Assembly (NCBI GenBank): GCA_001643675.2
Contig: LSRY02000001.1
Span: forward strand, 2,542,001-2,606,000
Reading direction: 5' to 3'
DNA: 64,000 nt
DNA from: Monocercomonoides exilis PA203
Lineage: Eukaryota > Protista > Preaxostyla
Below are positions 25,659 through 37,900 of this stretch, piece by piece (the stretch's first letter is position 1; each line of letters begins with the position of its first letter). The translations under genes were made by a program, and so were the position numbers. The notes beneath the pieces were generated by a model. The model was not told the DNA's origin. It ran no database searches and was given only the letters and a program-made list of their open reading frames with translations.

Positions 25659-27066
25659 TCAAGCATTTAAAAAATAATTAGAAACATTTGATGAATATGT
25701 TTAAAAGTATTTTTGTCTCAGAAAATCAAATATTTCTAAAAAGCTAACAACGACATCTTCGAATCCTTCTTTTTCCATCTTTTCAACCACTTTCCTTTTC
25801 AGCCCTTTTCGCTTCGCTTCATCAGTCTCATCATCTTTCGATTTCAATCGACCAGAAACATTCATGAAGAACCTCAAGCAGTCATATGCCATTTCATAAT
25901 CCATTGTTGGCTGCCGAATTCCCTCCAAAACAGCATCATCTGCTCCACCTTTCAACAACCCACCAATCTTCACTGCCCTCTTTTCAGATGCTGCTTTCAG
26001 CAAATCAATGCATTTCATGCTGTATTTCCTGTTATTGTACTTCGCTGACCGAAACATCCGAACAATGCAGCAGACAAGCTCGGAATATTCGTCATTCCAC
26101 AAGTGGCAGGAAAAAAAGAAAAACTCCATAATTCGCAGCCATCTCAATTTAACAATTTTTTCTTTCTTTTCTTTTTCTCTATCCTCTTCTTTCTCTCTCT
26201 TCCAATCCACACATTTCATCAGTTCTTCCAATTCTCTCACTGCCTCTCCGACAAAATGCAGTTCATTCGCAATCACTAAAACCAAGCTTCTTTCGTGAAA
26301 TGTTCGGTAAAACAAAAACTCCCAAGCATAATGATATGCAAGCTGGGTTAAGTTGCGATGCTCCTGATGATGAAGGATAATCTCTTTGATTTCATTCAAA
26401 TACAGCTCTTCATCAATTTTCTAATAAAAATTTGAAAAATATCAATAATATCAAAAACAAAACAGCAATGCTCAAACGTGAAACGTGTCAATGCGTCTCA
26501 AAGCCAATAAAGCCATTTCCACTTCTTCCTTTGTTTCTTCGTTTTTATCTTTGTTTGAAGCAACTTTCAGAAGACAAGACACACATATTAATGTCAATTC
26601 CGAATCGAACTGGTTGCTAAGCAAAAGATAGCATTCGTAAAGATCAGTCAGAAGCTTCATGCTTTTCCCTTCTTTCTTCTTCTCTTCTTCAGCAATCATA
26701 TTTTCAAATTTGCATTTCACCAATGAACAACAAAAATTATTTTTTCAGATATTTTTCTCCAATAAGCAACATCCAAGATTCTTCAACAACAAAATCGAAT
26801 TGTCAAAAGATAATTTCTGTTTGTAAATCATGCAGTGTATTTTAAAGAAAAATTCTTTTTCAACAATAAATTCAAGCATTTCTTTATTCATTCCATCAAT
26901 TATTTCATTCATTTCTCCAATTTTTCGCTTCTGCTCTTCCTCATTGCAATCTTCAAGCTCAGAAAACAATTCTGAAATAAAAAATTAAGAAGTCCATTCA
27001 ACAAGAATTCAAATGCAATAATGAGCGCAAACCATTAAACATTTTGATTCTACTCGTTGACTTCAT
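25659..27066 (-). pseudogene. Hypothetical gene family, copy D (two in-frame stops)
   Basis: Introns 26972-27032 and 26421-26477. TGA at 26745-26747 sits where copy E has Trp (KNIW). TAA at 25701-25703 is followed in frame by TYSSNVSNYFLNA-TGA, the family C-terminal motif. Confidence 0.8.
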
Positions 27067-28146
27067 TTTTGAAAATGTGTTGCAGCCAGAAAAAAACGAA
27101 AATTCGTCATTTGTATTGAATAAGGGTATCATTGGAAAGAAGAAATTGGGGCAAAATATAAACTTTTAGCAACCATGAATATATAAGTTGTAATACCATT
27201 CTGCGTTGTTAGTGTTATTTGACAAGGTGTTACAAAAAAATAAAGAAAAAACGATTAATCTTTTTTCGTGGTTTCAGTAATGGATATTCAGATCATCAGA
27301 TTTGAAAGAATAAAAATATTCCTTGCTTAAATGAGAGATAGTGAACAAATATTTTCTGCGGAATGAGCGATATTATTTTGAGAGGTTGCACGAGGCAGCA
27401 ACGGAGAGGTATCGATGATGGAATTGTGCGAGATGATTTTTATGAAAAGCATCTTTGAAGGGAATTCAACTATTTTTAAAAAATCAAATTATTTGCATGT
27501 ATGCATTTTTTATTTTTCTTGTTTATTTCAAGGATGTTTCCATCTGTGGCCTTCTCAGAGTGCAAGAATCTGATGAATTATTAAAATGGCCATTCCTTTG
27601 CTTTTCTGAGGAGATCATAAGAAGAGAGCTATGCCGAGAGAAAATCAGCAGATGTGAATTGCAAATTTTTAGTATTCATTTGGGAGAGGGGATGAAAATA
27701 AATTCAATTTCAAAGCATTTTGATGAGAGCGAAATGGAACGACAACAATTGGACAGTTATTGGAAAGAATAAAATGCCGAGATATTTTTTTCAGGAAAAA
27801 AATGGATGAAAACATAGAAAGAAGGATATTTATGCGAGAATTGAGAATGATGGAGAAAGGAGCACAGGGAAATAATGGAAAAGGAGAATGGCAGCATCAG
27901 TGATTGGACAATCTTCAACTTTTACAATAGGGAGGGTGTTTGCGTTCTTTTGAGGAATTTTTCTAATCAATGCAAAATTAATTATTTTTTAAATTTTTTC
28001 AATTTTTTTTTCCATTCCAGCAAACAGCATTTTTTATGTTGAGCGTCATTCCTGGTGACAGTTCATTTAAAGTAACATTTTTGTGGATTGTATAGTTTCT
28101 TCTCTTTCTCTTTCTCTTTCTCCTTCTCCTTCTTCTGTTTCTTAAA

Positions 28147-30200
28147 TTGGAGCAGCACGCCGATCAACTTCGCCATTCCGGAGGCGGAAAAGCGAAGAGA
28201 AGAAGGCAGCAGGAGATGATCAGCCATCATCTTCATCTTCGTCATCAGCACCTGCGATTGACCCTTCGGATGCGTCGGTGGTGGCAGCGCATACACTTCG
28301 GTAGGAGCGATAAACGACAACGAGAGGCGGCTGCGGATTGTGGTGCCAGAGGTGGCTGGGGTGTATGGGCGGCACATGCCGCTGTCGCTGCAGCTGCTGC
28401 TGTCGCCGCGGGCGCTGCAGACGCTGCGGGGATATGTTGTGGCGCTTTTGGCGATGCTTTCAGTTCCGCTGGTTGCGCTGCTTCCTTCCTTAACAGCGTT
28501 CGAGGGAAAGAAGTGGTGGAGCAAGCGGATCTTTGCAGCGCCAAACGTGAATGCGTTCCCGTCAATCTACGATCTGTTTGACCTGTCGCTGCAGATATGG
28601 CAATCGCAACAGTCGAGACGTGTGGTGATGAAGCTGGACGAGGAAGTGATGGGGCGAGGGGTTGCAGTGTGTGAAGTGGGGGAGATTGTGGAAAAGGCGC
28701 TGGAGACAGAGGGGATGAAGATGGAGGATGTGGTTCTGTCAACTGCAGCAATTCCGCTTAATGTGCTGGTGGAAGGAGAAAAGATATTCGGAATTTTTCA
28801 TGCTGCTGCAAAAGATCCGATGCAACGAGAGGATATCGAAGCAGAGGAGCGGGTTGGTCGAGCAGCTGCATAAGAAGGACGAAATAACCCGGATGAAGAA
28901 GAGGAATATTTTGAAGCTAAGATTGAAGTGCAACGCAGAGGTGAAGGAGCTGAATGAGTAGCTGTCAACGATGAAGGAGAAGGCGGAGCCAATTGATACA
29001 CGGATAGAGATGGTGAATAAGCGCTGAATACAGCAGGGAGAGCAGGTGAGTGGCGAAAGCGAGATAGAGCTGGCGAACTTGTGGGTTCCGCTTTCCATGC
29101 CATCTTTACTGGCTTTTGTATGTCGCGGGGAGGTTCTATATTATGTTTCAGTAATTCTGCTGTAAGGTCTGTGTGAAAAGTGCCAGGAGATGTTTGCAGC
29201 GAACATCGGGGATGGTAGTACTTTTTTGCTTGGGATGTACATCAACTGAAATGAGTTCCTTGTGATAGTTGGAAACAAGGAAAGTGCTGTGGGAGGAGCA
29301 AACAGCTGTTGGGAAGAGAGTTCCAGTGGTGCATGAGGAGGAGACATAACATGAGGCAGAAGAGAAACAAGATATAGAAGGAAACGAAGATGCTGACAGC
29401 GCTATAATAATGCAGCATCAGAAGAAAATGAAGGTGTCGTATGAAGAGACAATGAAGCGTCTGATAAGCGAAGTGTCTTCGTTGCTGGAGCAGTTGGCGT
29501 TCGAAACTGTGCACGTGCTTAGGATGCCACCCACACTGCGGTTGTCAGTGTCGATGGAGCGGCTGAAGACGGGGCTGCAGCCATCGTTGGTGTGGACGCT
29601 TTCGACGATCCGGGGGATATACGGAGACAAGACAGAGGCAGACCTGGGTAAAGGCAGAGACAGGTGAACAGGGATTGGTGAACTTTGTGTTCAAGTACCC
29701 AGAAGAGAATGATGTGGTGCAGAAGAAGAGCGAGGCTGAGCGGTGGGCTATGATCAACGGGGCGGAGCTGTTCTAGAAGGATTTTGCGGAGGTGTGCCTG
29801 TTTGTAAAGTTTATGTGGAAGGTGTTCACGAGAGACGAGCTGTCGATCTTCCTGAACTGCCACACAGTGCTGTTTGAAGGGATGACACCGCAGCAGCTGA
29901 TGAAAGAGAAAGAGATAGAGAACTTTCTGGTTATGACGATCTGGATGTTTCGGATGTGTATCAACATTGTGGTTGAAGTGGCGTTGGAGAAGAAGATACA
30001 GATGCTTTATGGTGAAGTTTGAGAAGATACAGTCAAAGACGGGAGTGGTAAACGCGTCTGTGTTTCTGGGTCTTCTGCTGAATAACAACTGGGCAGAAGA
30101 AAAAATGATGAAAGATGCGATAAAGACGTTGAATGATTCTATATGTTCTGGCGAGGCATTGACTTCTTCGTCTTCTTCTTCGTCAAAATTATCAGGTGCA
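28147..30200 (+). pseudogene. GC-rich decayed gene of unknown function
   Basis: Successive protein-like ORF pieces (28340-28873, 29410-29667, 29792-30022, 29967 onward) are separated by stops and frameshifts, e.g. CLFVKFMWKVFTRDELSIFLNCHTVLFEG. Confidence 0.6.
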
Positions 30201-30979
30201 TCACAAATTCAGAACTGGAATCTCTTTTGTGTGTGTGTGTGTGTTATCCGCATAAACCACAGGCATTGTCGCTTCAGATCTTCTGAGATGAGTTCCGACA
30301 GTCTGGTTGCTGTCTTCCGTCGTTCACATCTGCACTGGAGGTGCACCAGTTCAATCGCTTCTTCATGCGCTGCCTGCGGCTGCCGGATGTGTGCGATGCT
30401 ACCAAATGCAGATCTCCTCTTTTCCTGTCACAGAACAGCTCAGTTGTAAAGATGGTTTGCCGGAGCTGGATGATCAGGTGCAGGTGCTTTCGGTGGTGTC
30501 AGCGGAGACAGGGCTGAATCGAAGTGTTGATGCTGGTGCAGCTCGTGGGGCGGCAGCTGAAGAGCGAACGAGGTGGGACGGCCAATCTGCTTTGGGGTGC
30601 TGCTGGGGAACATGCAGAGTGAGGAGCTGCTTCACAAGCGGATGGCACGACAGAGCAAGTGAGGGGGAGAGGAGTCAATGTCTTGCCATGCATCATCAGC
30701 ATCTGCTTCTTCGGCACAGCACAAACATGCTCTGAACTGCAAATGATATGCAATCATCAACTTGCAGCTGTCCTCTGCGTGTGCATTGGGTGTGATCCAT
30801 CCTTCCATTTCTCCTCCTTATCATTTTCAACCAATTTTCTCTTTCAGAAATTTTTTCAAATAAATATCTCCTTTTTCTTATCTCATTCGATTTCATTCAA
30901 ATAGCTTTTTGAATGAAATTAACATTTCACGAATCTTGAGAATGAATCTTCTTTTTCAAAAAATTAACCAACGATAAAA

Positions 30980-31200
30980 TGAAAAGAAGAAGAAGAAGAA
31001 GAAGAAGAAGAGAAGTGGAGAAGAAGAAAGAAGAGAAGAAGAAAGAAGAGAAGATGAAGGTGAAGAAGAAGAAGAAGAAGAAGAAGAGGTGTTGAAGAGG
31101 GAGAGGGGGAGGAAGAAGAGGAAGAGGAAGAGGAAGAGGAAGAGGAAGAGGAAGAGGAAGAGGAAGCAGAAGAAGGAAAAGAAGAAGAAGAAGATGATGA
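30980..31200 (+). repeat. Purine-rich microsatellite (GAA)n/(GAAGAG)n
   Basis: Directly visible tandem repeats. The corresponding site in the inverted duplicate (44230-44285) is much shorter. Confidence 0.95.
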
Positions 31201-32352
31201 TTATGAACGCACAGAAGAATATTTCCATTTCAATTCATCAAAAGCGAGCTGTGATGCTGAAGTTCCAAGACTTCTGTCTGTTCTTTCTGAAAACATCGCA
31301 AATGTGTAAAATAAGAAACAAGTGAAGCATGTTTGACTTGTTTTGGAAATCTTTCAAAAGCAGAGACTGAAACAGAGTTGGTGATATTCATTTCACGTTT
31401 CTCAACTTCATGAGAAGGCGCAACAATGCTAAGCTGTTAAAAACTCTGCAAAACACAAGTTCGCATTTCAATAAAAAAACCCAAATGTCCATCAAGAAAT
31501 GTTGTTCTCCAGCTCCATTGCTAATCGTTGAATTCTTGCCTTTTTTCGTTACAAATATCCTTCCTTTGATATTGCCAGCCACTTTCCTTTCCAAAAAAAT
31601 ATCCCAAACTGCTCCACTGCCTTATGCTCCAAAATGCTACATAGTTTTGTGCAGATTTTGTCCTTCACGGAATTCCATCCATAAATCTTCATTTTATAAT
31701 ATAACAGTTGAATTTGATTTCACCTCTTGTTCCAAATAAAAATCGTATATCCTGCGTAACTTCATTTATTTCCTAATTGCTATACAATAATCTGCTCCGT
31801 TCTCATCGAATTGCCGCATAAAGCGGGGATTGGCCATTTCAACAATAACTCATATTCCTGAACTTTGGAGAGGATACAGACGGAAATATCTTCATAATCA
31901 ATACAATAATAAAAATTGCATACATCACATCTTTTTGTGTTATTGATGAAACTGTTGTATTCCCCGTGGCTATCCAATTTGCAAAATTCATCAGAAAGTC
32001 TTTCTAAATCATTGCATCACCATCATTGTCCGTTTTTTCCACGGGAGATTATGTTTGTAATTCTGCAGGATAAACCCATTCATTAACACTCATTTTGCTG
32101 ATTGATGTTCCAGTTCAAACATAACCATTTGATCATTGAATCCATAACAACAAACCGAATTAATTTGAACATTTTTTTTCTTAATAATCACTTTCCAAAA
32201 GTACCAAGACGATAAAGAATGGTGTGAACGTGACATTATTAATGACTATTTTTGAGATTTTGTTATCGTGTATTTTCAACTATCCAAACAAATTATTGTT
32301 CAATGTGAATGATAAAATTTTACTGATTTGTGAATAAAATGTTCTTATTAAA

Positions 32353-33782
32353 ATGCAGAAGATGTGCAATACAAAAAAGTTCAATGGTGTGCATTCGTTG
32401 TTTCATTTGAATTCCTGATGATTGTGGTTCTTTCTGTCTCAGAAATGTTTTCTGAATTAGAAGATTGCGATGAGGATGAACAGAAACAGAAAATCCATAT
32501 AATGAATGAAGTTATCGATAAAATGGATAAAAGGCAATTTGAATCAGTTTTCAACACAGAATTGTATGATAAAATATTCAAAATGATTGAAGAGAAGAAA
32601 ATGACAATGGAAAATGCAATTTTGCTGTTGAAGCATGTTGGATGTTGGAAAGCGCTGAAAAACATTTGGAGTAATGGTTTTTATAATTCTGAATTGAAAA
32701 GAAGATTTGAGAGAATGATTATTGATGAAAATAAGAAAAAAAAGGATGAAAAGAACGAAAAGCTCATGATTGATCTTTGCGAATGCTATCTTTTATTGAA
32801 CATGTGGATTTCTTCGGAATTGCTTTCAATTTGTGTGCCTTGCATTCTGAAAGTGGCATCAAACAAGGATGAAAACAAAGAAACACAAAAAGAAGTGGAA
32901 ATAGCATTTCTTGCATTGAATAATGTTAAATTCTACGTATGAGCATTTCTATTTTATTTATGATATTATTGTTTTTTTTATTCATTGATTTTTTTAAAAT
33001 ATAATTCTTATAAGGAAATCAAAAAAGAGCTGTATTTGAATAAGATTACAGAAATCATAGAATATCATCAAGAATATCACAATCTCACTCGCCTTGCCTA
33101 TCAGTCTGCTTGGCAATATTTAATGAACAGATTCTTCAATGATAATAGCTTGGAAGAAGTGATTGTGATTGAGCAACATTTTGCAAGGGAGGCAGCAAGA
33201 GAATTGGAAGAGCTGTCAAAAAGTGTGGATTGGAAGAAGAACGAAGAGGAAATGAGAAAAGAAAAGGAAGAAATGATTACCATATTGAGATGGATGCAAA
33301 CACTCTCATTTTTCTTTGGGAACTGTTATTTGTGGAACGAAGAATATGTTGGGCTTTTCAGCAGCATTGTTGGGGTGCTTCGTGCATCGAGGGATAATTA
33401 CAGAGAAATAAGCGAGAAATGCATTTGTCCATTTGAAGAAGCATCAGGCCGCAGAGTTGTGAAAATTGGCAGCTTGTTGAAAAGCGGAGCTGTTGATGTT
33501 GCTTTGGAGGAGATTCATAAATCAGCAAAGGACGACGAGATTGCAGCCAAAATCTTGAAATTTTTTATGAATGTTTCAAGAAGATCGAAAGAAAAGAAGA
33601 AAGATGAAATCGAAGAAGCGAGTCGAAAATCAATAAAAATGGAGATATTTGAAAAGATGGAAGAAGAAGGATATGAAGATTTCATCACTAGCTTTCATAA
33701 AACATTTGACTTTCTAAGTAATAAGTATTATTTTGATGATGAATTATCGTTGGATATTTTTGATTATTTTGTGAATGTTTGA
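32353..33782 (+). CDS. Hypothetical gene family, copy E (apparently intact; exons 32353-32386, 32443-32936, 33015-33782)
   Basis: Same exon structure as copy C. Family motifs LLLKHVG, QKEVEIAFLAL, HNLTRLAYQSAW, KMEEEGYED and DYFVNV* are present. Confidence 0.87.
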
Positions 33783-34914
33783 GAAAATGTGATTCTTTTA
33801 ATTTTATTGCTCAAAAATTATTTTTTTCTTTTCTTTTAATTTTTATTCCAATGTGTGAAATCGAAAATTAATGAGCTTTTTCAAATGATGTTTTTGCTTT
33901 CTTTTAGAAAAAAGGAAAAAAGAAAATTCTTATTAACAAAGATTGAACACAAAATAGAATAAATGAGATGAGTTACACAGAAGGATAATAACGGAAGCCA
34001 TTCAACGAAAAAAGAACATGCTAATAAAAAAAATAGTGATTTCAATCAAATTGAGACAAAAGAAATTTCTCAAATTTCAAAAAATAAAATCGTCTTTGAA
34101 CAAATCAGAAAAAATAAAGGTGAAAAAAATGAAATGAATAAGAAAAAGAATAAGAAATGAAAGTGATATTAACAAAAAATAAGCTTCATTGCAATAACAA
34201 TGAAGAGCTTCTCAAAGAAAATCTGTTGATATTTCAATGAGAAAATCAAAAATAAAATTTTTCTTGTGAAGTCAAGATTTTCTTAAAGAAATGAGAAATT
34301 AATAAAAGAAGATTAGCATCACGATTTCTCAAAAAGAAAATGAGTAAAAAAAAAAAGAAGAAGATTAGAAAATTTTGATTTTAAGAGCTTAGCTAATAAC
34401 AATGTTAAATTATTCACAGTCAGTATTTCGTGTTTTAGATGAAATTTCATTTGCTTCGTGTCTTTTTCGATATAAATTCATTTCTTTCTTCATTTTCTTT
34501 CCTTTTCTTCTTTTCTTCTTATGAAGTCTTTCAATTTCTGTCTATTTCTTCTCTCATGCTCTGAAAATAGTCTTTTCTTCACATCTTTCATCAGTTTTCT
34601 TTCTTTCTTCCTTCCTTCCTTCCTTTCAATGCGAAATTAATTTTTCTCTTCCTCAATGTATTTTGTCATCTTTGCTCTTTCTTGTTCATCCAAATCTTTT
34701 TCTTTCTTTCTTTTTCTTTTCAGTGCAAATAATCGTCTTTCATTGAAATTTCGCAAATATCATCCAGAATTCAAGAAAATTTGGGGGAAAAATAAATTAG
34801 TCATTCGAAACAAGTAATCTTCAAATTGCCTTCTAATTCTTTCTTATTCAACACATTTTTTTTTTATCTAAATTCGTTTTTTTTTTTTTTTTAGCTGTTT
34901 AATATTCTTGCTCA

Positions 34915-37900
34915 TCATATTTCTTCTTCTTCATTTCTTTCGAGTTTCTTTGTTTTCTTCTTCTTCTTCTTCTTCCTTTTCTTTTGTTCCTGTTTAACAT
35001 CTTCACTCTCTTCTTGTTCTTCCTCCATTGCTTCTTCATTAACCAATTCGATATTCGCTATTAAATCTTCTGATTTTTTCTCTTTCTTTCCTTTCGCTTT
35101 CTTTCCTTTTTTTCTTTTCTTAATCTCTTTTTCCTCTGAGCTATTTTCATAGATTTCTTCATCTGTCATTCTTGTTTCTTCATTTTGTTTGTTTGATTGC
35201 GGCGAAAAAGTGTTTGTTTCTGTCACAAATTCTTTTAAATTCACGTTCATTTGGTTTGCTTGCGATCCTTCTTTATTCATCAAAGAAGAAGAACAAGAAA
35301 GAGAAGGAGATAAAACCTGTTTTATTGTTTCTTCAATAAATTCACCACTAATTCCTTCCTTTCTTTCAGCTTTCTGCATTTGTTCTTCAGATTTGTTGAT
35401 GTTGTTTCTTGTGCTGCTCAAATTTCGTTTGGCTAATTCATTTCCATTTCTATTTGAATTTGCTTCTTTCACAGGATTATTTGTTGTTCTGTCTTTTCCT
35501 TTCCTTTCTTTTTCTCTTTGCATTCTGCGTTTTGTCTTCTTTTCATCATCATCATCTTCTTCTTCTCCTTCCTCTTCCTCCTCCTCATCATTTTCATTCA
35601 CCCACATCTTCTTTGAGTTCTTCTTCTTCTCAACAAAAAGAAGAACAGAAAATACAACCACAATAACAACAATCATACAAGCTAAAATCACAATAATTAT
35701 CCACGAAGCAAATGGCTTTGATTCGTTGCTTCCCTCAAATCCCTGTTTTTCTTTTCCATCTTCCTTCCCCTCTTCCTCTTTCTTTCCTTCATCTTTCTCT
35801 TCCTTCAGATATTTCTCATACACATCAATGGGCTTTGCATCCACATCAGCTGCTCCAACAATCCACCCAGCTGCTGATTCATCGCTGTAATCCTTCGCAA
35901 ACTCAAAGGCATCTTCTTGTTGGCTGAACTCCTCAAAGTCGGGGGAAACAATGCACAACGAAGCACCTGACGAATCTTTCCCTGTGTTTGTCTCGTCAAT
36001 CTCCAGATTGCCCTCGGCTGGAAGCTCCAAGTTCGATATCGCCTTCTCCATTTCAATATACATTGCTCCTGCTTTCCCTTCTTGTGCTGAGCAAGATTTG
36101 AATGTGCACTTGCTTTCCCTTCCAATCGACACTGAAGATTCTTCTGAACTGAGAATGATACTCAACCCTGCTGTTTCTGAATTCTTCGATTCAATACATT
36201 CCATGTTCAGCCCGTCAATCACCACACTCGATGCCTCTTCTCTTCCATCTGCTATGCTGATCGCTGCTCCATCTTTCACTTTCACGTTGCTGATTTTCAC
36301 AGACTCAATCACAATATCGCTTGCTCCTTCAATTTCAAACAACGGACTTTGGAATGTTGCTTTGTTGCTCTCATCAACACATTCCACGTTGCTCATATTT
36401 AAAGCGCCTCCATTCACTTTCACAAGATGAAAATCAACAACATTCTCTTTTTCGCTTTCACTTTCATGTGGCCGAATAAATCTGCAATTGATTATTGCAA
36501 GCTTTGCATCCACACCTTCTGAGATGATCAAAGCAAATGAATCTGTCACTTTAACAAACTGACTTTTCCCCTTTGAACTTAAAGACAATGGGAAAACAAA
36601 TGAAAGGTATTTGAAAGTGACACTTTTTTTGCACGTAAACAAATTGCTTTCTGGGCCAACATCACAATCAATATTCGCATATTGATTCATTCCTTCGGCA
36701 TTCTCAATTCCTTCAATTGTCAATTGATCACTTCTATCAAAAATCATTGCTTCCGCTTTGATCATATCATAGTCAGCAATTATACTCATCGAATACATCT
36801 TCAAACTTGATGAGAAAGAGAACAAATAGTAAGCGCTTGAAAATCTACCAATTGGTTCATTGAATGATAACCCAGTACTGTTGGCATCGCATTTCAAATA
36901 AACAACGGAGATTGGAGTGGGCGGTGTTGGTGGTAGATATGGATCAAAATACTCCGCTGTGAAATCAACATCACCAGCACTTCCATCAGATTTTTTGGCT
37001 GCAACAATCCAGTCATGGGTTCCTCTTATATAGCTTGAAGCAAAACCACACTTCATTGCGACTGCTATTTCTTCATGAAGATTTACCGGCACATCAAGAT
37101 ACAATCCTGTACTCTTTGACCCAGTTGCCGTGCACCCATCAAATTCCAATTTTACTTCAGTTCCCCAGCTCAAATGATTCGCTTCTGTAATTCCTGTCAT
37201 TTTCAGATATATCCCACCAGACTTCCCATTGGTACAAGTGCATGTAGTAAATGTTGTTGGATTCGTATTTCCAATCTCAAATGTGCTTTCTGTTCCGCTG
37301 CTTTCAACATACAATGCTCCACATGCATCAGTATCCATTTCTTTGCTCGATGTGCATTCTGTAAATGTGCAGACATCCACAATCACTGAAATTGCCTCAT
37401 CGCATTTTCCAATAATTTTCACCACAGCACTTGAGCTTGATGTAATCTTCTTCAGATTCAAGGAGGCCAATGAAACTTCATTCGCTCCATCAACCAAAAA
37501 CGGTGTTACTGAACATTTAACTTCGCTCACCGAAATGGACTCAACTCCTGTCATCGTCAATGAACCTGCACTCACTTTCACAAGATGAATTCCAACTGAG
37601 CTTCCTCCTGCCTCAGGTCGAATAAATTCGCAAATGGCAATTGTTAGAGAACGTGATTCTGCATCAGCATGAATAAGAGCAAATGTTCCTGCATTGGCTT
37701 TTAATGCATATGAATCTTGTTCCAGTGTTGTTGGGAAGTCGAATGTCAAATAACTGAATATTACAGTTTGTTTGCATGTAAACAGATCTGTTCCAGGAGT
37801 AACACCGCAGTCGATCTCCACTTTCGCGCTCATTTCTTCATTATCAATTCCTTTTATCGTAATTCCTGATGTTTTGTCAAATATTATTGATTCAGCTTTC

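Larger units (their letters stand above)
30660..33782 (+). repeat. Segmental duplicate (upstream module plus family gene), inverted relative to 41653-44740
   Basis: 31215-31490 is near-identical to the reverse complement of 43975-44235 (KNISISIHQKRAVMLKFQ..CLFFLKTSQMCKIRNK in both). 30676-30980 matches the reverse complement of 44280-44722. Confidence 0.85.

Noticed and set aside
25659-26747. Alternative genetic code (TAR=Gln or TGA=Trp) to rescue copy D
   Set aside because: More than 7000 codons in three long genes contain no in-frame stop and TGA terminates the genes, so ordinary nonsense mutations are the simpler explanation.
30980-31200. CRISPR-like or telomeric array
   Set aside because: It is a simple GAA/GAAGAG microsatellite with no spacers and no TTAGGG-type units. 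No CRISPR array was seen anywhere in the window.
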